DNA from: Prochlorococcus sp. AG-347-J21
GTDB taxonomy: Bacteria; Cyanobacteriota; Cyanobacteriia; PCC-6307; Cyanobiaceae
Reading direction: 5' to 3'
NCBI GenBank assembly: GCA_003281455.1
Contig: QCBX01000004.1
Location: 37,291 to 101,290, forward strand
Length of the DNA stretch: 64,000 bases
In this document: positions 31,482 through 40,758 of the stretch, piece after piece
How the letters are laid out: each line of letters starts with the position of its first letter
Position numbering within the stretch: the first letter of the stretch is position 1
Translations under genes and position numbers: made by a program
Notes under the pieces: model-generated
Seen by the model: only the letters and a program-made list of their open reading frames with translations
What the model was told of the DNA's origin: nothing
The model's database searches: none

Positions 31482-32105
31482 TTTCTCTTTATCATTGATT
31501 AGTTAAATATTTAGATAATTTATTTAAATTACTGATATTTGAATAATAGATGTAAAATTCCAAAAAAAAATCAAATTTAAGGTTTCACTAATCAACTTTA
31601 TTAGATCTTAGAGAGAATTAATTTTTTAATGAATTACAATTTATTCATCCACCTATTCAGTGCATAAAAAGACTTAGAGGGAAAGTTTAATAATGAGAAA
31701 ACTAGATTTTTCTTGATTTCAAAATACAAATTATGCTTTTTCATGTGATGAGAAGGAAATATATCTGAAAATTAATAAAACATAATAAATAGCTTAAATT
31801 CTTAAAGTCATTCACCTTTGTCTTTTTTCTTTTTGATAAATAAAGTTAGATTTTTTATGGTTTTATCTAGTGATAACAATGGTTTTGACTTTTTTTACTT
31901 AAAGAGGATCTTTTTTATATAAGAAAAATGCAAGGCTTTAAAAATTAACAATTAAGCTAAAAATGTCCTAATTTTTTGTATAAAGCTTTGCGCCGCCGGC
32001 ATTTTCGGTTGCCGTATTTGTATTTGCTCCATATGATATGCAAGTTCGAGGTTTTTAGGCTTGATTTAACTCTTGTCTTTAAATTTCTGCTTTACAAACA
32101 ATTCA

Positions 32106-32381
32106 ATGAACAAAGCTGATTTAGTTAATCTTGTTGCTGCTCGTACAGAGCTCACAAAAACGGATGTTTCTTTAGTTGTTGATGCAGCTATTGAAACTAT
32201 TGTTGATTCAGTAGTGGAAGGCAAAAAAGTCTCCATACTAGGATTTGGTTCTTTCGAGCCAAGAGATCGTTCTGCAAGACAGGGATTAAACCCTAAGACA
32301 GGCGAAAAAATAGCAATACCTGCTAAAAGAGTTCCAACATTTTCTGCGGGTAAACTTTTTAAGGATAGAGTTCAAGGGTAA
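32106..32381 (+). CDS. hup: HU-family DNA-binding protein
   Basis: MNKADLVNLVAARTELTKTDV...GFGSFEPRDRSARQGLNPKTGEKIAIPAKRVPTFSAGKLFK. ATG at 32106 is preferred over the in-frame TTG at 32073. Confidence 0.95.
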   Translation: MNKADLVNLVAARTELTKTDVSLVVDAAIETIVDSVVEGKKVSILGFGSFEPRDRSARQGLNPKTGEKIAIPAKRVPTFSAGKLFKDRVQG

Positions 32382-32415
32382 TCTTTTTAATCTATTTCCT
32401 CTTTATATGCCAAGG

Positions 32416-32441
32416 TGCTCTTTTAGAGCATCTTTTTTTTT
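32416..32441 (+). terminator. intrinsic terminator downstream of hup
   Basis: TGCTCT-TTT-AGAGCA hairpin (32416-32430) followed by a T-rich run (TCTTTTTTTTT). Confidence 0.7.
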
Positions 32442-32518
32442 AATTACAATAAAATGAAAGTAGCTAAATGACCAAAACTATTAAAATGGGATCTCAAATT
32501 TTGAAGCCTTAAGAAGTA

Positions 32519-32830
32519 ATGAAATATTTAACTTTTTTGTTACTAAAATTTTTGTTGTTATCTAATTTTGTTATGGCAGAAACAATACCAACAAAATCCA
32601 AGATTTTAAAAGAAGCAAGTTATTGTATTAAAGATTCTCAAGCCCAAGTTTGTAGAGAGTTAGTCTCTGAAATAGAAAAACTTCAGTTACTTGTATATGA
32701 CCAAAATAGATTCAAATGTCAATCAAGCTTATTGGGGATGCAGTCCGCAATTATTGAAGCTTATTTTTATAAAAATTCATCAAATGAGAGAATTTCATTA
32801 ATGATCCCATATGTGATTAAAAATTGTTAA
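32519..32830 (+). CDS. small secreted Cys-containing hypothetical protein (103 aa)
   Basis: N-terminal signal-like segment (MKYLTFLLLKFLLLSNFVMA) and four Cys in the mature part. Confidence 0.5.
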   Translation: MKYLTFLLLKFLLLSNFVMAETIPTKSKILKEASYCIKDSQAQVCRELVSEIEKLQLLVYDQNRFKCQSSLLGMQSAIIEAYFYKNSSNERISLMIPYVIKNC

Positions 32831-32884
32831 TTATTAAAATAATTTATTTTTTTGGAATATTATAAATTTGTTATTTAATTTGTA

Positions 32885-33139
32885 ATGGTAAAAGGTTTTT
32901 CTGATAATGAAGTTAAGAATAATACTCAAAATACTCAAATAAAAGAAACAAAAAAAGAAAAAAAAGGCTTAGCTAGTTTTCTTAAAGGCAAGAAATTTAC
33001 ATATACTTTGCCAGGTAAAAAACAAATAAATATTTTTGGATCAATAGTATTAGGCTTAAACTTGATTTTGATATTGCTAGTCATTCTTTATTTAAAGAAT
33101 CAAGAATTTCATGACTTTGTATTTAATGTTGGTCGTTAA
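32885..33139 (+). CDS. small hypothetical membrane protein (84 aa; K-rich N-terminus and one TM)
   Basis: ORF with a single hydrophobic helix, IFGSIVLGLNLILILLVILYL. Confidence 0.45.
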   Translation: MVKGFSDNEVKNNTQNTQIKETKKEKKGLASFLKGKKFTYTLPGKKQINIFGSIVLGLNLILILLVILYLKNQEFHDFVFNVGR

Positions 33140-33193
33140 CAATATTTTTAGATCGAAAAAACATTTTTTAAATGATATATTTAAATTTTAGAA

Positions 33194-33457
33194 ATGCTTA
33201 TGAAGGTAGTAAATTTAGTTTTTCAAGTATTTTTTTTGTTAGTAACCCTTATATTTTTGATATATTTTTTAACAGGCTATGATTCTGCTTTTGAGGCAGA
33301 TCAGAATTGTCATGCATATCTTGCAAGTTACGATAACTCATTGGGAAATTATGGTTGTGATCATGATACTGAGACGCATCAGTGGATACTTTACGAGTCA
33401 AATGAGAACAAAGAACCAGCTAAAATTATTAAGAAATTTAGGTACAAATTTTTATAA
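33194..33457 (+). CDS. small hypothetical membrane-anchored protein (87 aa)
   Basis: N-terminal TM (VVNLVFQVFFLLVTLIFLIYFL), then a soluble part with two Cys (AFEADQNCHAYL...NYGCDHDTETHQW). Confidence 0.5.
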   Translation: MLMKVVNLVFQVFFLLVTLIFLIYFLTGYDSAFEADQNCHAYLASYDNSLGNYGCDHDTETHQWILYESNENKEPAKIIKKFRYKFL

Positions 33458-33664
33458 ATCAAATTTTTTATAAAAAAACTTTGCACTAATTATGGATATT
33501 ATTGCTGTAATTGTGAAAGTAAGATACTGATATATGCTCCCTTCTAAGTAAATTTTATTTTTATAAAGTGGATAATCTATGAAAGAACCTAATGTTCCCC
33601 AAATTATTACCCATACAGATATGTATAAAAATACCTTTATTGGATTGGATTTTTTTTCTTCCAT
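33452..33664 (-). CDS. small two-TM hypothetical protein (70 aa), immediately downstream of hli
   Basis: Starts 2 nt after the hli stop. Two hydrophobic helices. Confidence 0.5.
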   Translation of the reverse strand: MEEKKSNPIKVFLYISVWVIIWGTLGSFIDYPLYKNKIYLEGSIYQYLTFTITAIISIISAKFFYKKFDL

Positions 33665-33666
33665 TT

Positions 33667-33912
33667 TTAATTGATACCAAAAATTGAGGAAGTCACAGGT
33701 CTGCCGCTAAAAACCAACTCGGTTAATATGAGCATTAGGAAGCCAATCATAGCTGCTCTACCGTTAACAAGCTCAGCGCTGCTATTAAATCCAAAAACAT
33801 TCTTTACTTCATCTCCCTGATTATCCACCCATCTTGAGTCTTCATTATCGGTGGATGGCTTATCAGTAAAATCATCGTTTTGGTTTTCCATTGAAGAGTC
33901 CTTTTCTTGCAT
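33667..33912 (-). CDS. hli: high-light-inducible protein (HLIP, one-helix CAB family)
   Basis: C-terminal helix with the chlorophyll-binding motif AELVNGRAAMIGFLMLILTE. Confidence 0.9.
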   Translation of the reverse strand: MQEKDSSMENQNDDFTDKPSTDNEDSRWVDNQGDEVKNVFGFNSSAELVNGRAAMIGFLMLILTELVFSGRPVTSSIFGIN

Positions 33913-33955
33913 AAAGTTTTTTATTTATAGTAATGGTTTTTAAGTTAATTTATTA

Positions 33956-34981
33956 TTAGATTAGATTCGAAATTACAAAATAAATTAAGACAAAAATTAT
34001 TATCCATAAAAATTGTAATTTCACAATTAATTGACAAATTAAGTTAATTTTCTCGCTAGTGCAAATACCACCATTTTTATTAATTATTGGTTTTTCAATA
34101 ATTTCATTTTTATATTTACTTTTGCCTCCCAATTTAATACCGGCAATATATGCAAATATAGATTCTGAGATTCCAGAATTGGGGGAATCATACTTTTTGC
34201 CATCAAGATAACTTTTTTTGATTATTGATATATAGTTATTAAATTTTGAACTGACTAAAGGTAATGTGATTAAGACTAATCTCGAAGGTATAAAAGTAAA
34301 AATGTCTTCAATTTTTGCACTGAAAAAGCCTAAATATCTAAAGGGATCATATTTGTAACCTATCATTGAATCCAAAGTACTTATTGCTTTATAAGAAAAA
34401 CCAAGTGATAAAGGTCCTGGGAGAGAAATAGAAAAATTCATTAAAATAATACCAATAAAAATCCAAAATAACGGACCAAATATTCCATCAACAGAATTTT
34501 CTGTAAGACTTTCGGTAGTTGATCTCAAAAGATGTTCTTTAGAAGATGAACTTACATCCCTACTTACTATTCGTTGAACTTTTTCTTTAATTATTCTTTC
34601 ATTTTCTTCATTAATTTTTCTGTCCTCTATTAGCTTTACAATCTCCTTCACACTTGAAATAAGTCCTTTAGTAGCAATACAACTTGAAAGTCCTAAAAAA
34701 ATTAACAACCCAACAAAAAAATTATTTCTTGATTGCACATAACTTAGTTCTATCAATTTTCCTAAACCAAAACTTATTCCAATAGTGGATATAGCTACGA
34801 AGAAACCACCCCAAAACAATATATTTTTATTTTCTCCAAAATTATTTATTAGGTAATCAGATGTTTTTTTTATGTAAAAGCCAATTACTTGAACAGGGTG
34901 GATTAAGAATCTTGGATCGCCGATCAATAAATCAAAACCAATCGATCCAAGAAATAGTAAAAATAAATTTATTTCAGCCAA
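33956..34981 (-). CDS. cobD: cobalamin biosynthesis protein CobD/CbiB (adenosylcobinamide-phosphate synthase)
   Basis: The N-terminus [18 protein letters not shown] and polytopic membrane layout are typical of CbiB. TTG start overlaps the ilvC 3' end. Confidence 0.8.
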   Translation of the reverse strand: MAEINLFLLFLGSIGFDLLIGDPRFLIHPVQVIGFYIKKTSDYLINNFGENKNILFWGGFFVAISTIGISFGLGKLIELSYVQSRNNFFVGLLIFLGLSSCIATKGLISSVKEIVKLIEDRKINEENERIIKEKVQRIVSRDVSSSSKEHLLRSTTESLTENSVDGIFGPLFWIFIGIILMNFSISLPGPLSLGFSYKAISTLDSMIGYKYDPFRYLGFFSAKIEDIFTFIPSRLVLITLPLVSSKFNNYISIIKKSYLDGKKYDSPNSGISESIFAYIAGIKLGGKSKYKNEIIEKPIINKNGGICTSEKINLICQLIVKLQFLWIIIFVLIYFVISNLI

Positions 34982-35958
34982 CTGAACATAGAGCGCAGAC
35001 CTTTACCCACTTTCTCAATTTCATGTTTTGAGTTCTCTTCTCTTAATTTTGTCATTAAGGGTTTGTTTTTATCGCATTCTTCCACAAAATTCTTAGCGAA
35101 AGTTCCATCTTGAATATCCTTTAGAATTTTCTGCATTTCTTTCTTTGTATCACTATTGATAAGTCTTTTACCACTTACATAATCTCCATATTCTGCAGTA
35201 TTTGAAATGGAATCTCTCATTTGAGATAAGCCTCCCTTCACCATTAAATCAACGATAAGTTTTACTTCATGTAAGCATTCGAAGTAAGCAAGTTCGGGCT
35301 GATAGCCTGCCTCTACAAGAGTTTCGAAGCCTGATTTGACGAGTTCTGATAATCCTCCGCACAAAACCGCTTGTTCTCCAAATAAATCAGTTTCTGTTTC
35401 TTCTTTGAAGTTTGTTTCAAGAATCCCAGCTCTCGTTCCGCCAATCCCTTTAGCGTAAGCCATCGCCAATGATCTAGCATTTCCGGAAGAATCCTGCTCT
35501 ACTGCAAATAATGCTGGAACTCCTTGACCATTCTGATATTCCCAACGAACAGTGTGTCCAGGCCCTTTTGGGGCAATCATTACAACATCCACAAAACTAG
35601 GAGGTTTGATAAGTCCGAATCTTATATTGAAGCCATGAGCAAAACTTAATATCTTTCCTTCTTTTAAGTTTGGTTCTATTTCTTTAAGGTAAACATCTTT
35701 CTGAAACTCATCTGGTAGCAGAATCATAATCCAGTCTGCTTTTTCGCAAGCTTCAGAAACGCTAAATACTTGTAAACCATCGCTAATAGCTTTGCTTTCA
35801 GACCTACTTCCTTTATATAATCCAACAATTACATCCATACCGCTATCTTTAAGGTTTAGGGCATGAGCATGACCTTGTGAACCATATCCAATAATCGCTA
35901 TTGTTTTATTATTTAAAAGACTTAGATCTGCATCTGTGTCGTAAAAGAGTTGGGTCAT
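34969..35958 (-). CDS. ilvC: ketol-acid reductoisomerase
   Basis: [21 protein letters not shown]..., [10 protein letters not shown] and [10 protein letters not shown]. Confidence 0.95.
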   Translation of the reverse strand: MTQLFYDTDADLSLLNNKTIAIIGYGSQGHAHALNLKDSGMDVIVGLYKGSRSESKAISDGLQVFSVSEACEKADWIMILLPDEFQKDVYLKEIEPNLKEGKILSFAHGFNIRFGLIKPPSFVDVVMIAPKGPGHTVRWEYQNGQGVPALFAVEQDSSGNARSLAMAYAKGIGGTRAGILETNFKEETETDLFGEQAVLCGGLSELVKSGFETLVEAGYQPELAYFECLHEVKLIVDLMVKGGLSQMRDSISNTAEYGDYVSGKRLINSDTKKEMQKILKDIQDGTFAKNFVEECDKNKPLMTKLREENSKHEIEKVGKGLRSMFSWLK

Positions 35959-36068
35959 TAGTTGTAGCTTCTTTGCATTTGATAATTAATATTTTAGACA
36001 TTAAAGGTGTAAATAAACCAAAAAATTATTAATTTAAAAATTAAAATTAAAATATTTATTTAGAAAAT

Positions 36069-36680
36069 TTAGGACTGATTTGCTTCGCTTGGATGTGTAA
36101 TTACTCTATCAATTAAGCCATAGTTTTTTGCTTCTTCCGCACTTAGAAAATAATCTCTATCAGTATCCTTTTCAATTTTCTCAAATGATTGGCCTGTCAT
36201 ATCTGCCATAGACATATTTAACATATCTTTAATTCTTAGAATTTCCTTAGCTTCTATTTCAATATCACTTGCTTGACGTTGAGAAGTTCCTCCAAGAGGT
36301 TGATGAATCATTATTCTGCTATGAGGCAAAGCAACTCTTTTACCTTTTGTGCCAGCGGCCAATAGGAACGCTCCCATTGAGGCTGCGAGGCCTACACAGA
36401 TGGTTACTACATCACTTTTTACATATTTGATAGTGTCATATATAGCCAGGCCAGCAGTAACAGATCCTCCTGGGCTATTTATATATAGATAGATAGGCTT
36501 GGAATTGTCATCAGAGTCTAGATAAAGCATTTGCGCAACAAGGCTATTAGCAATACCATCATTTACTTCTTGTCCAAGAAAAAGAATTCTTTCAACACCT
36601 AGTCTTGTATATATATCAACCCATCTTTCGTATTGACTTCCTGGAAGTCTGTAAGGCACGCTTGGAGTTCCTATTGGCAT
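36069..36680 (-). CDS. clpP: ATP-dependent Clp protease proteolytic subunit (active; ClpP3-type position downstream of clpR)
   Basis: Catalytic Ser in [11 protein letters not shown], His in IMIHQPLGG, Asp in [10 protein letters not shown]. Confidence 0.9.
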   Translation of the reverse strand: MPIGTPSVPYRLPGSQYERWVDIYTRLGVERILFLGQEVNDGIANSLVAQMLYLDSDDNSKPIYLYINSPGGSVTAGLAIYDTIKYVKSDVVTICVGLAASMGAFLLAAGTKGKRVALPHSRIMIHQPLGGTSQRQASDIEIEAKEILRIKDMLNMSMADMTGQSFEKIEKDTDRDYFLSAEEAKNYGLIDRVITHPSEANQS

Positions 36681-36704
36681 GATTTTAAAATAGTTTTGTG
36701 AAGG

Positions 36705-37376
36705 TTAAATTTTATTTGGTAAATCTTTTTGACTTGTGAGTATTCTATCGATAACTCCATAATCTAGTGCTTCTTTGGGGTTGAGATAACTCATCCTGTC
36801 AGAGTCTTTTGAGAGTTCTTCGATAGTCTTTCCAGTATTACGAGATAAAATCTCCAGCATTGATTTTTTATTTTTCAAAACTTCCTCAGCTCTTATTTGG
36901 ATATCGGTTGCTTGGCCTCTTGCGCCGCTTATAGGTTGATGTAAAACAATAGAAGCATGAGGAAGAGCTGCCCTTTGTCCCTTAGTGCCAGATGAAAGGA
37001 TAACTGCGGCAGTCCCCATTGCTTGTCCGATACATATTGTGTGTACTGGAGGCTTGATATAGCTTATTGTATCGCAGATAGCGAAAGCTTCTGTTTCAAA
37101 ACCAACTGCGTCACCAGTGTACCAACTTGTCCCTGTTGAATTGATATAGAAATAGATTGGTTTTTCAGGATCCTCAAACTCTAGATAAAGAAGTTGAGCA
37201 ATGATTAGCTCAGTTACATCCATTCCTAGTTGTCTTTTCGCATCATCATCTGAAAATAATGGTAAACCAAGATAAACGATTCTCTCTTTTAATAAAAGAG
37301 ATGGGAGATCAGGGGGAGGAGTCCTCATAACGGTGTTTTCGCCGTAATAAGGAGCAGATACAGTCATTTGTATCAC
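36705..37376 (-). CDS. clpR: ClpP-like non-catalytic subunit ClpR
   Basis: ClpP fold, but the serine position reads GQAMGTAAVIL (no Ser). It lies 24 nt upstream of clpP on the same strand. Confidence 0.8.
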   Translation of the reverse strand: MIQMTVSAPYYGENTVMRTPPPDLPSLLLKERIVYLGLPLFSDDDAKRQLGMDVTELIIAQLLYLEFEDPEKPIYFYINSTGTSWYTGDAVGFETEAFAICDTISYIKPPVHTICIGQAMGTAAVILSSGTKGQRAALPHASIVLHQPISGARGQATDIQIRAEEVLKNKKSMLEILSRNTGKTIEELSKDSDRMSYLNPKEALDYGVIDRILTSQKDLPNKI

Positions 37377-37407
37377 AAAATTAAGAATGAACTGATTCTA
37401 GCTAGAA

Positions 37408-38517
37408 TTAGCCCTGTGTCGCTGGTGATTTAAGAGATTTGTTTGACTCAGGATTATTTATTAGTTTTCCAAAGACCATTCTTCCAGTGGAAGTTTGTAA
37501 TGCACCTGTGATAATAATATCTAATCTGCTTCCCACAAAATTCTTTGCCTCGTCAATTACAACCATTGTGCCATCATCTAAATATCCAATACCCTGCATT
37601 TTTTCTTTGCCTTCTCTTACGATTTTTATATTAAGCGATTCTCCTGGTTGCACTTCTGGCCTTAAAGCAATAACTAAATCACTTAAATTCATAACTTTTA
37701 ATTCTTTAACTTCAGCAACCTGAGAAAGATTATAATCAGCCGTAATTAAAGTTCCTGTCATATCCTCAGTAATTTTTAAGAGTTTTTCATCCACCCCATT
37801 ACCTTCATACTTTGTTGGGTTTATTACAAGTCTTCTCCCATATAGATCTCTTAATTCTTTCAATAACTTGAGACCTCTTCTGCCTTTCGACCTTTTTTCA
37901 TTACTGCTTGAGTCAGCTAAAGTTTGTAATTCGTCAATTACACTTTGAGCAACAATTAATTGCCCTTCTAATAAGCCACAATTTAATAAGCCATTGATTC
38001 TTCCATCAATAATTACGCTTGTATCCAGAATTTTTGGACTTGCAGCAGGAAGGATTCCTTCATTCACTAGATATGCATCAGTATTATTTGGATTGAATAA
38101 TCTCAATAATGTCCTTCCATGGGTATCTGCCAACTTATAACCAAGAGCACCAAAGAAAATGTTGCTTAATATAGCTGCTAAGGGTTTTGCGAAAAAAACT
38201 TCTCTAGGGAATGGAATTAATAGTATTGGAGCAAGTAGGAGATTCGCAACAAGTAATCCTAAAATTAATCCAACTGATCTACTTATTAGTAAGTCCGTTG
38301 GCATAGTTCTTATTTGATCAAGAAACGTCTTTCTAAGTTGAAGGAATACAAAACCAGCGGCTAATCCAACAAAAAAACCTATTATTGCTAAAACAATTCT
38401 AAAACCTTCTACATTAGATACCTGTTTAAGTATGTCTACAGGCAATAAATCAACACCAAGCCATCCGGAAGCAGCCCCAGATAATACAAATAAAATTAAT
38501 ACTAAGATATCTGTCAT
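37408..38517 (-). CDS. membrane-anchored PIN + TRAM domain protein (YacL-like)
   Basis: Four N-terminal TM helices, a PIN-like core (KILDTSVIIDGRI...), and a C-terminal TRAM-like beta domain (GESLNIKIVREGKEKMQGIGYLDDGTMVVI). Confidence 0.7.
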   Translation of the reverse strand: MTDILVLILFVLSGAASGWLGVDLLPVDILKQVSNVEGFRIVLAIIGFFVGLAAGFVFLQLRKTFLDQIRTMPTDLLISRSVGLILGLLVANLLLAPILLIPFPREVFFAKPLAAILSNIFFGALGYKLADTHGRTLLRLFNPNNTDAYLVNEGILPAASPKILDTSVIIDGRINGLLNCGLLEGQLIVAQSVIDELQTLADSSSNEKRSKGRRGLKLLKELRDLYGRRLVINPTKYEGNGVDEKLLKITEDMTGTLITADYNLSQVAEVKELKVMNLSDLVIALRPEVQPGESLNIKIVREGKEKMQGIGYLDDGTMVVIDEAKNFVGSRLDIIITGALQTSTGRMVFGKLINNPESNKSLKSPATQG

Positions 38518-38552
38518 ATCTATAATCTACTAGGATTTATTAATTGAGTAAA

Positions 38553-38590
38553 TAAGGATTTTATTTTTTTCGATCCTTAGTACTTTTTTT
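38553..38590 (+). terminator. orphan terminator-like hairpin in the divergent spacer upstream of hemW
   Basis: TAAGGAT (38553-38559) pairs with ATCCTTA (38573-38579) around a 13-nt loop. A T7 run (38584-38590) follows after GTAC. No plus-strand gene lies upstream. Confidence 0.3.
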
Positions 38591-38613
38591 GGAGCTTAAA
38601 ATGAATTTAGATT

Positions 38614-39837
38614 ATGAATAAGTTTCCAAGAAGTGCTTATGTGCACATTCCTTTTTGCCACAGAAGATGTTTTTATTGTGACTTTGCAGTTATCCCATTA
38701 GGAAACGAAGTTGAAACTTTACAAGGTTATGGGAGCAAAACTGTTAAAGAGTATTTGCAATTTTTATATAAAGAAATATTGTCAATTAAGCATAAATCAC
38801 CTCTATCCACAATTTATGTGGGTGGTGGTACTCCATCAATTTTGAATCCTACCCAAATTAAAGAATTAATTGATCTTTTTAGAGAAAATTTTGGAATTGA
38901 CTATGGTGCTGAAATCACCATGGAGGTTGATCCAGCTAGCTTTACTAAGGATGATCTTGATGGATTCATAAATGCTGGGATAAATAGATTTAGTCTCGGA
39001 GTACAAAGTTTTAATAATCAGATACTTCAAAAATCGGGAAGGCGTCATTTGAGAGAAGATGCAGAAAAATCTTGTTTATGGTTGAAGAGAGAATATGATT
39101 CTGGGTTAATAAAAAGCTGGAGTTTAGATTTAATTCAAAATTTGCCACTTAGTGGATTTAAAGAATGGCAAGATGACTTAAAAAAAGCAATAACATTTTC
39201 ACCACCGCATATATCTATTTATGACTTGAATATTGAAAATGGAACTGTTTTTAAAAAATTAGTTAATTTAGGAAAATTAAAACTCCCAAGTGATGAAGAA
39301 GCTTTTAGAAATAGTAAATCAACTCATTTAATTTTAAAAAACTCAGGGTATTCAAGATATGAAATCTCAAACTATTGCCTCCCGAGGCATCAATCGAGAC
39401 ATAATAGAGTTTATTGGAGTGGTTTAGGCTGGTGGAGTTTTGGGCAAGGTTCCACAAGTTCACCTTGGGGGGAGAAGTTAACTAGACCAAGAGTTAGTAA
39501 ACAATATAAAGAATGGGTAATGAGACAGTACGAACTTAATTTAGATTCATCCCTTATTAATAAGAATTTTGTCTACAAAGAACTTGATGAGAAAATAATG
39601 TTGGGATTAAGACTTAAAGAGGGTTTAGATATTAAAGAAGTTTTTAAAGAACAAAACTGGGAAAACAAAAAATTTGAAAGAAACTTTAGTAAATTACTTG
39701 AAGAATGGGGAAGATTTATTGAAAGTGGATTATTAGTCAGAAAGGGGAATAGATTCTTTTTAAGTGAGCCTGAAGGAATGGAACTAAGCAATCAAGTTCT
39801 TGTCTCTATGTTTAAGTGGTGGGATGAAATTAATTAA
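38614..39837 (+). CDS. hemW: radical-SAM HemN-like protein (HemW-type heme chaperone / coproporphyrinogen oxidase-like)
   Basis: YVHIPFCHRRCFYCDF is the CxxxCxxC radical-SAM motif, followed by YVGGGTPS. Confidence 0.85.
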   Translation: MNKFPRSAYVHIPFCHRRCFYCDFAVIPLGNEVETLQGYGSKTVKEYLQFLYKEILSIKHKSPLSTIYVGGGTPSILNPTQIKELIDLFRENFGIDYGAEITMEVDPASFTKDDLDGFINAGINRFSLGVQSFNNQILQKSGRRHLREDAEKSCLWLKREYDSGLIKSWSLDLIQNLPLSGFKEWQDDLKKAITFSPPHISIYDLNIENGTVFKKLVNLGKLKLPSDEEAFRNSKSTHLILKNSGYSRYEISNYCLPRHQSRHNRVYWSGLGWWSFGQGSTSSPWGEKLTRPRVSKQYKEWVMRQYELNLDSSLINKNFVYKELDEKIMLGLRLKEGLDIKEVFKEQNWENKKFERNFSKLLEEWGRFIESGLLVRKGNRFFLSEPEGMELSNQVLVSMFKWWDEIN

Positions 39838-40603
39838 GTCTTTCATAGTCTACCCATTCTTTTAATTTATCTTTCAATAATTTCTTTCCTTGAATAATAG
39901 GTTGGCAAAATGGTGGTTGATCATCATTAAGGCCTAACAAATCTGCAGTTACTCTCACTTGCCCATCGCAATAATTACCTGCACCAATACCTATTATGGG
40001 GATTGTTAAATTATTTTGTATTTCTTTTGCAAGCAAATCAGGAATATGTTCTAGAACTATTGAAAAACAACCCAATTTTTCAAGAATAGAAGCCTCTCTC
40101 TTAATTTTTTCTTGGCTTTCTAAGCTTTCTCCTTGTTTCTTTAATCCTATATTTAGATAGCTTTGTGGGGTAAGACCTATGTGACCCATAACAGGTATTC
40201 CCATTCTTATTAATCTAGAAATAACTTTTTGTATTTCAGGTTCAGCTCCTTCTACCTTTACAGCTTTTGCATAAGTGCTCTGAATGATTTTCCCTGCATA
40301 TTCAACAGCTTTGTCCTCTCCACATTGGTAAGTCAAAAAAGGCATATCTGAAACAACCATAGGTTGTTCCTCAATTTTCTTTTTAAATCCCCTTGAAACA
40401 GCATTAGTATGATAAATTATGTTTTCTAAAGTTAATGGCAGTGTCGATTTGTATCCTAAGCAGACCATTGCTAAGGAATCTCCTACGAGGACGAGATCAA
40501 CATTTGCTTGTTCTGCAATAGAGCCTGAAATGGAGTCCCATGCAGTTAATGCAATTATTTTTTGAGATTTTTCTTTATATTTAACGAAGTCTGAAGGTAA
40601 CAT
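39830..40603 (-). CDS. panB: 3-methyl-2-oxobutanoate hydroxymethyltransferase
   Basis: ALTAWD...VLVGDSLAMV...VKVEG...MGHIGLTPQS motifs. Confidence 0.9.
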   Translation of the reverse strand: MLPSDFVKYKEKSQKIIALTAWDSISGSIAEQANVDLVLVGDSLAMVCLGYKSTLPLTLENIIYHTNAVSRGFKKKIEEQPMVVSDMPFLTYQCGEDKAVEYAGKIIQSTYAKAVKVEGAEPEIQKVISRLIRMGIPVMGHIGLTPQSYLNIGLKKQGESLESQEKIKREASILEKLGCFSIVLEHIPDLLAKEIQNNLTIPIIGIGAGNYCDGQVRVTADLLGLNDDQPPFCQPIIQGKKLLKDKLKEWVDYERLN

Positions 40604-40649
40604 AATTATTTCAGTATCTTTTTTAATAAAGAATTGCTAATATATTTTT

Positions 40650-40745
40650 GACTCGGCCTTTCGCGGTTTTAACGCCTAAACCTGGTCAGGACCGGAAGGT
40701 AGCAGCCACAAGGGATGCTTGAGGCAGGCGAGATAACCGAGTCAC
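40650..40745 (+). ncRNA. ffs: signal recognition particle RNA (4.5S RNA)
   Basis: Contains the invariant domain IV core CCUGGUCAGGACCGGAAGGUAGCAGCCACAAGG. The ends GACUCGG (40650-) and CCGAGUC (-40743) pair to close the hairpin. A TAATAT -10-like box lies 6 nt upstream and a T-rich tail follows. Confidence 0.9.
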
Positions 40746-40758
40746 TTTATTTTACCTT

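Noticed and set aside
32073-32105. TTG-initiated 11-codon extension of hup.
   Set aside because: HU proteins begin at MNK(A/S)(D/E)L. The ATG at 32106 gives exactly that.
33279-33473. A 64-aa alternate-frame ORF overlapping the 87-aa gene. The ORF at 1867-2049 inside petF is a similar case.
   Set aside because: Both are alternate frames of better-supported ORFs and have no features of their own.
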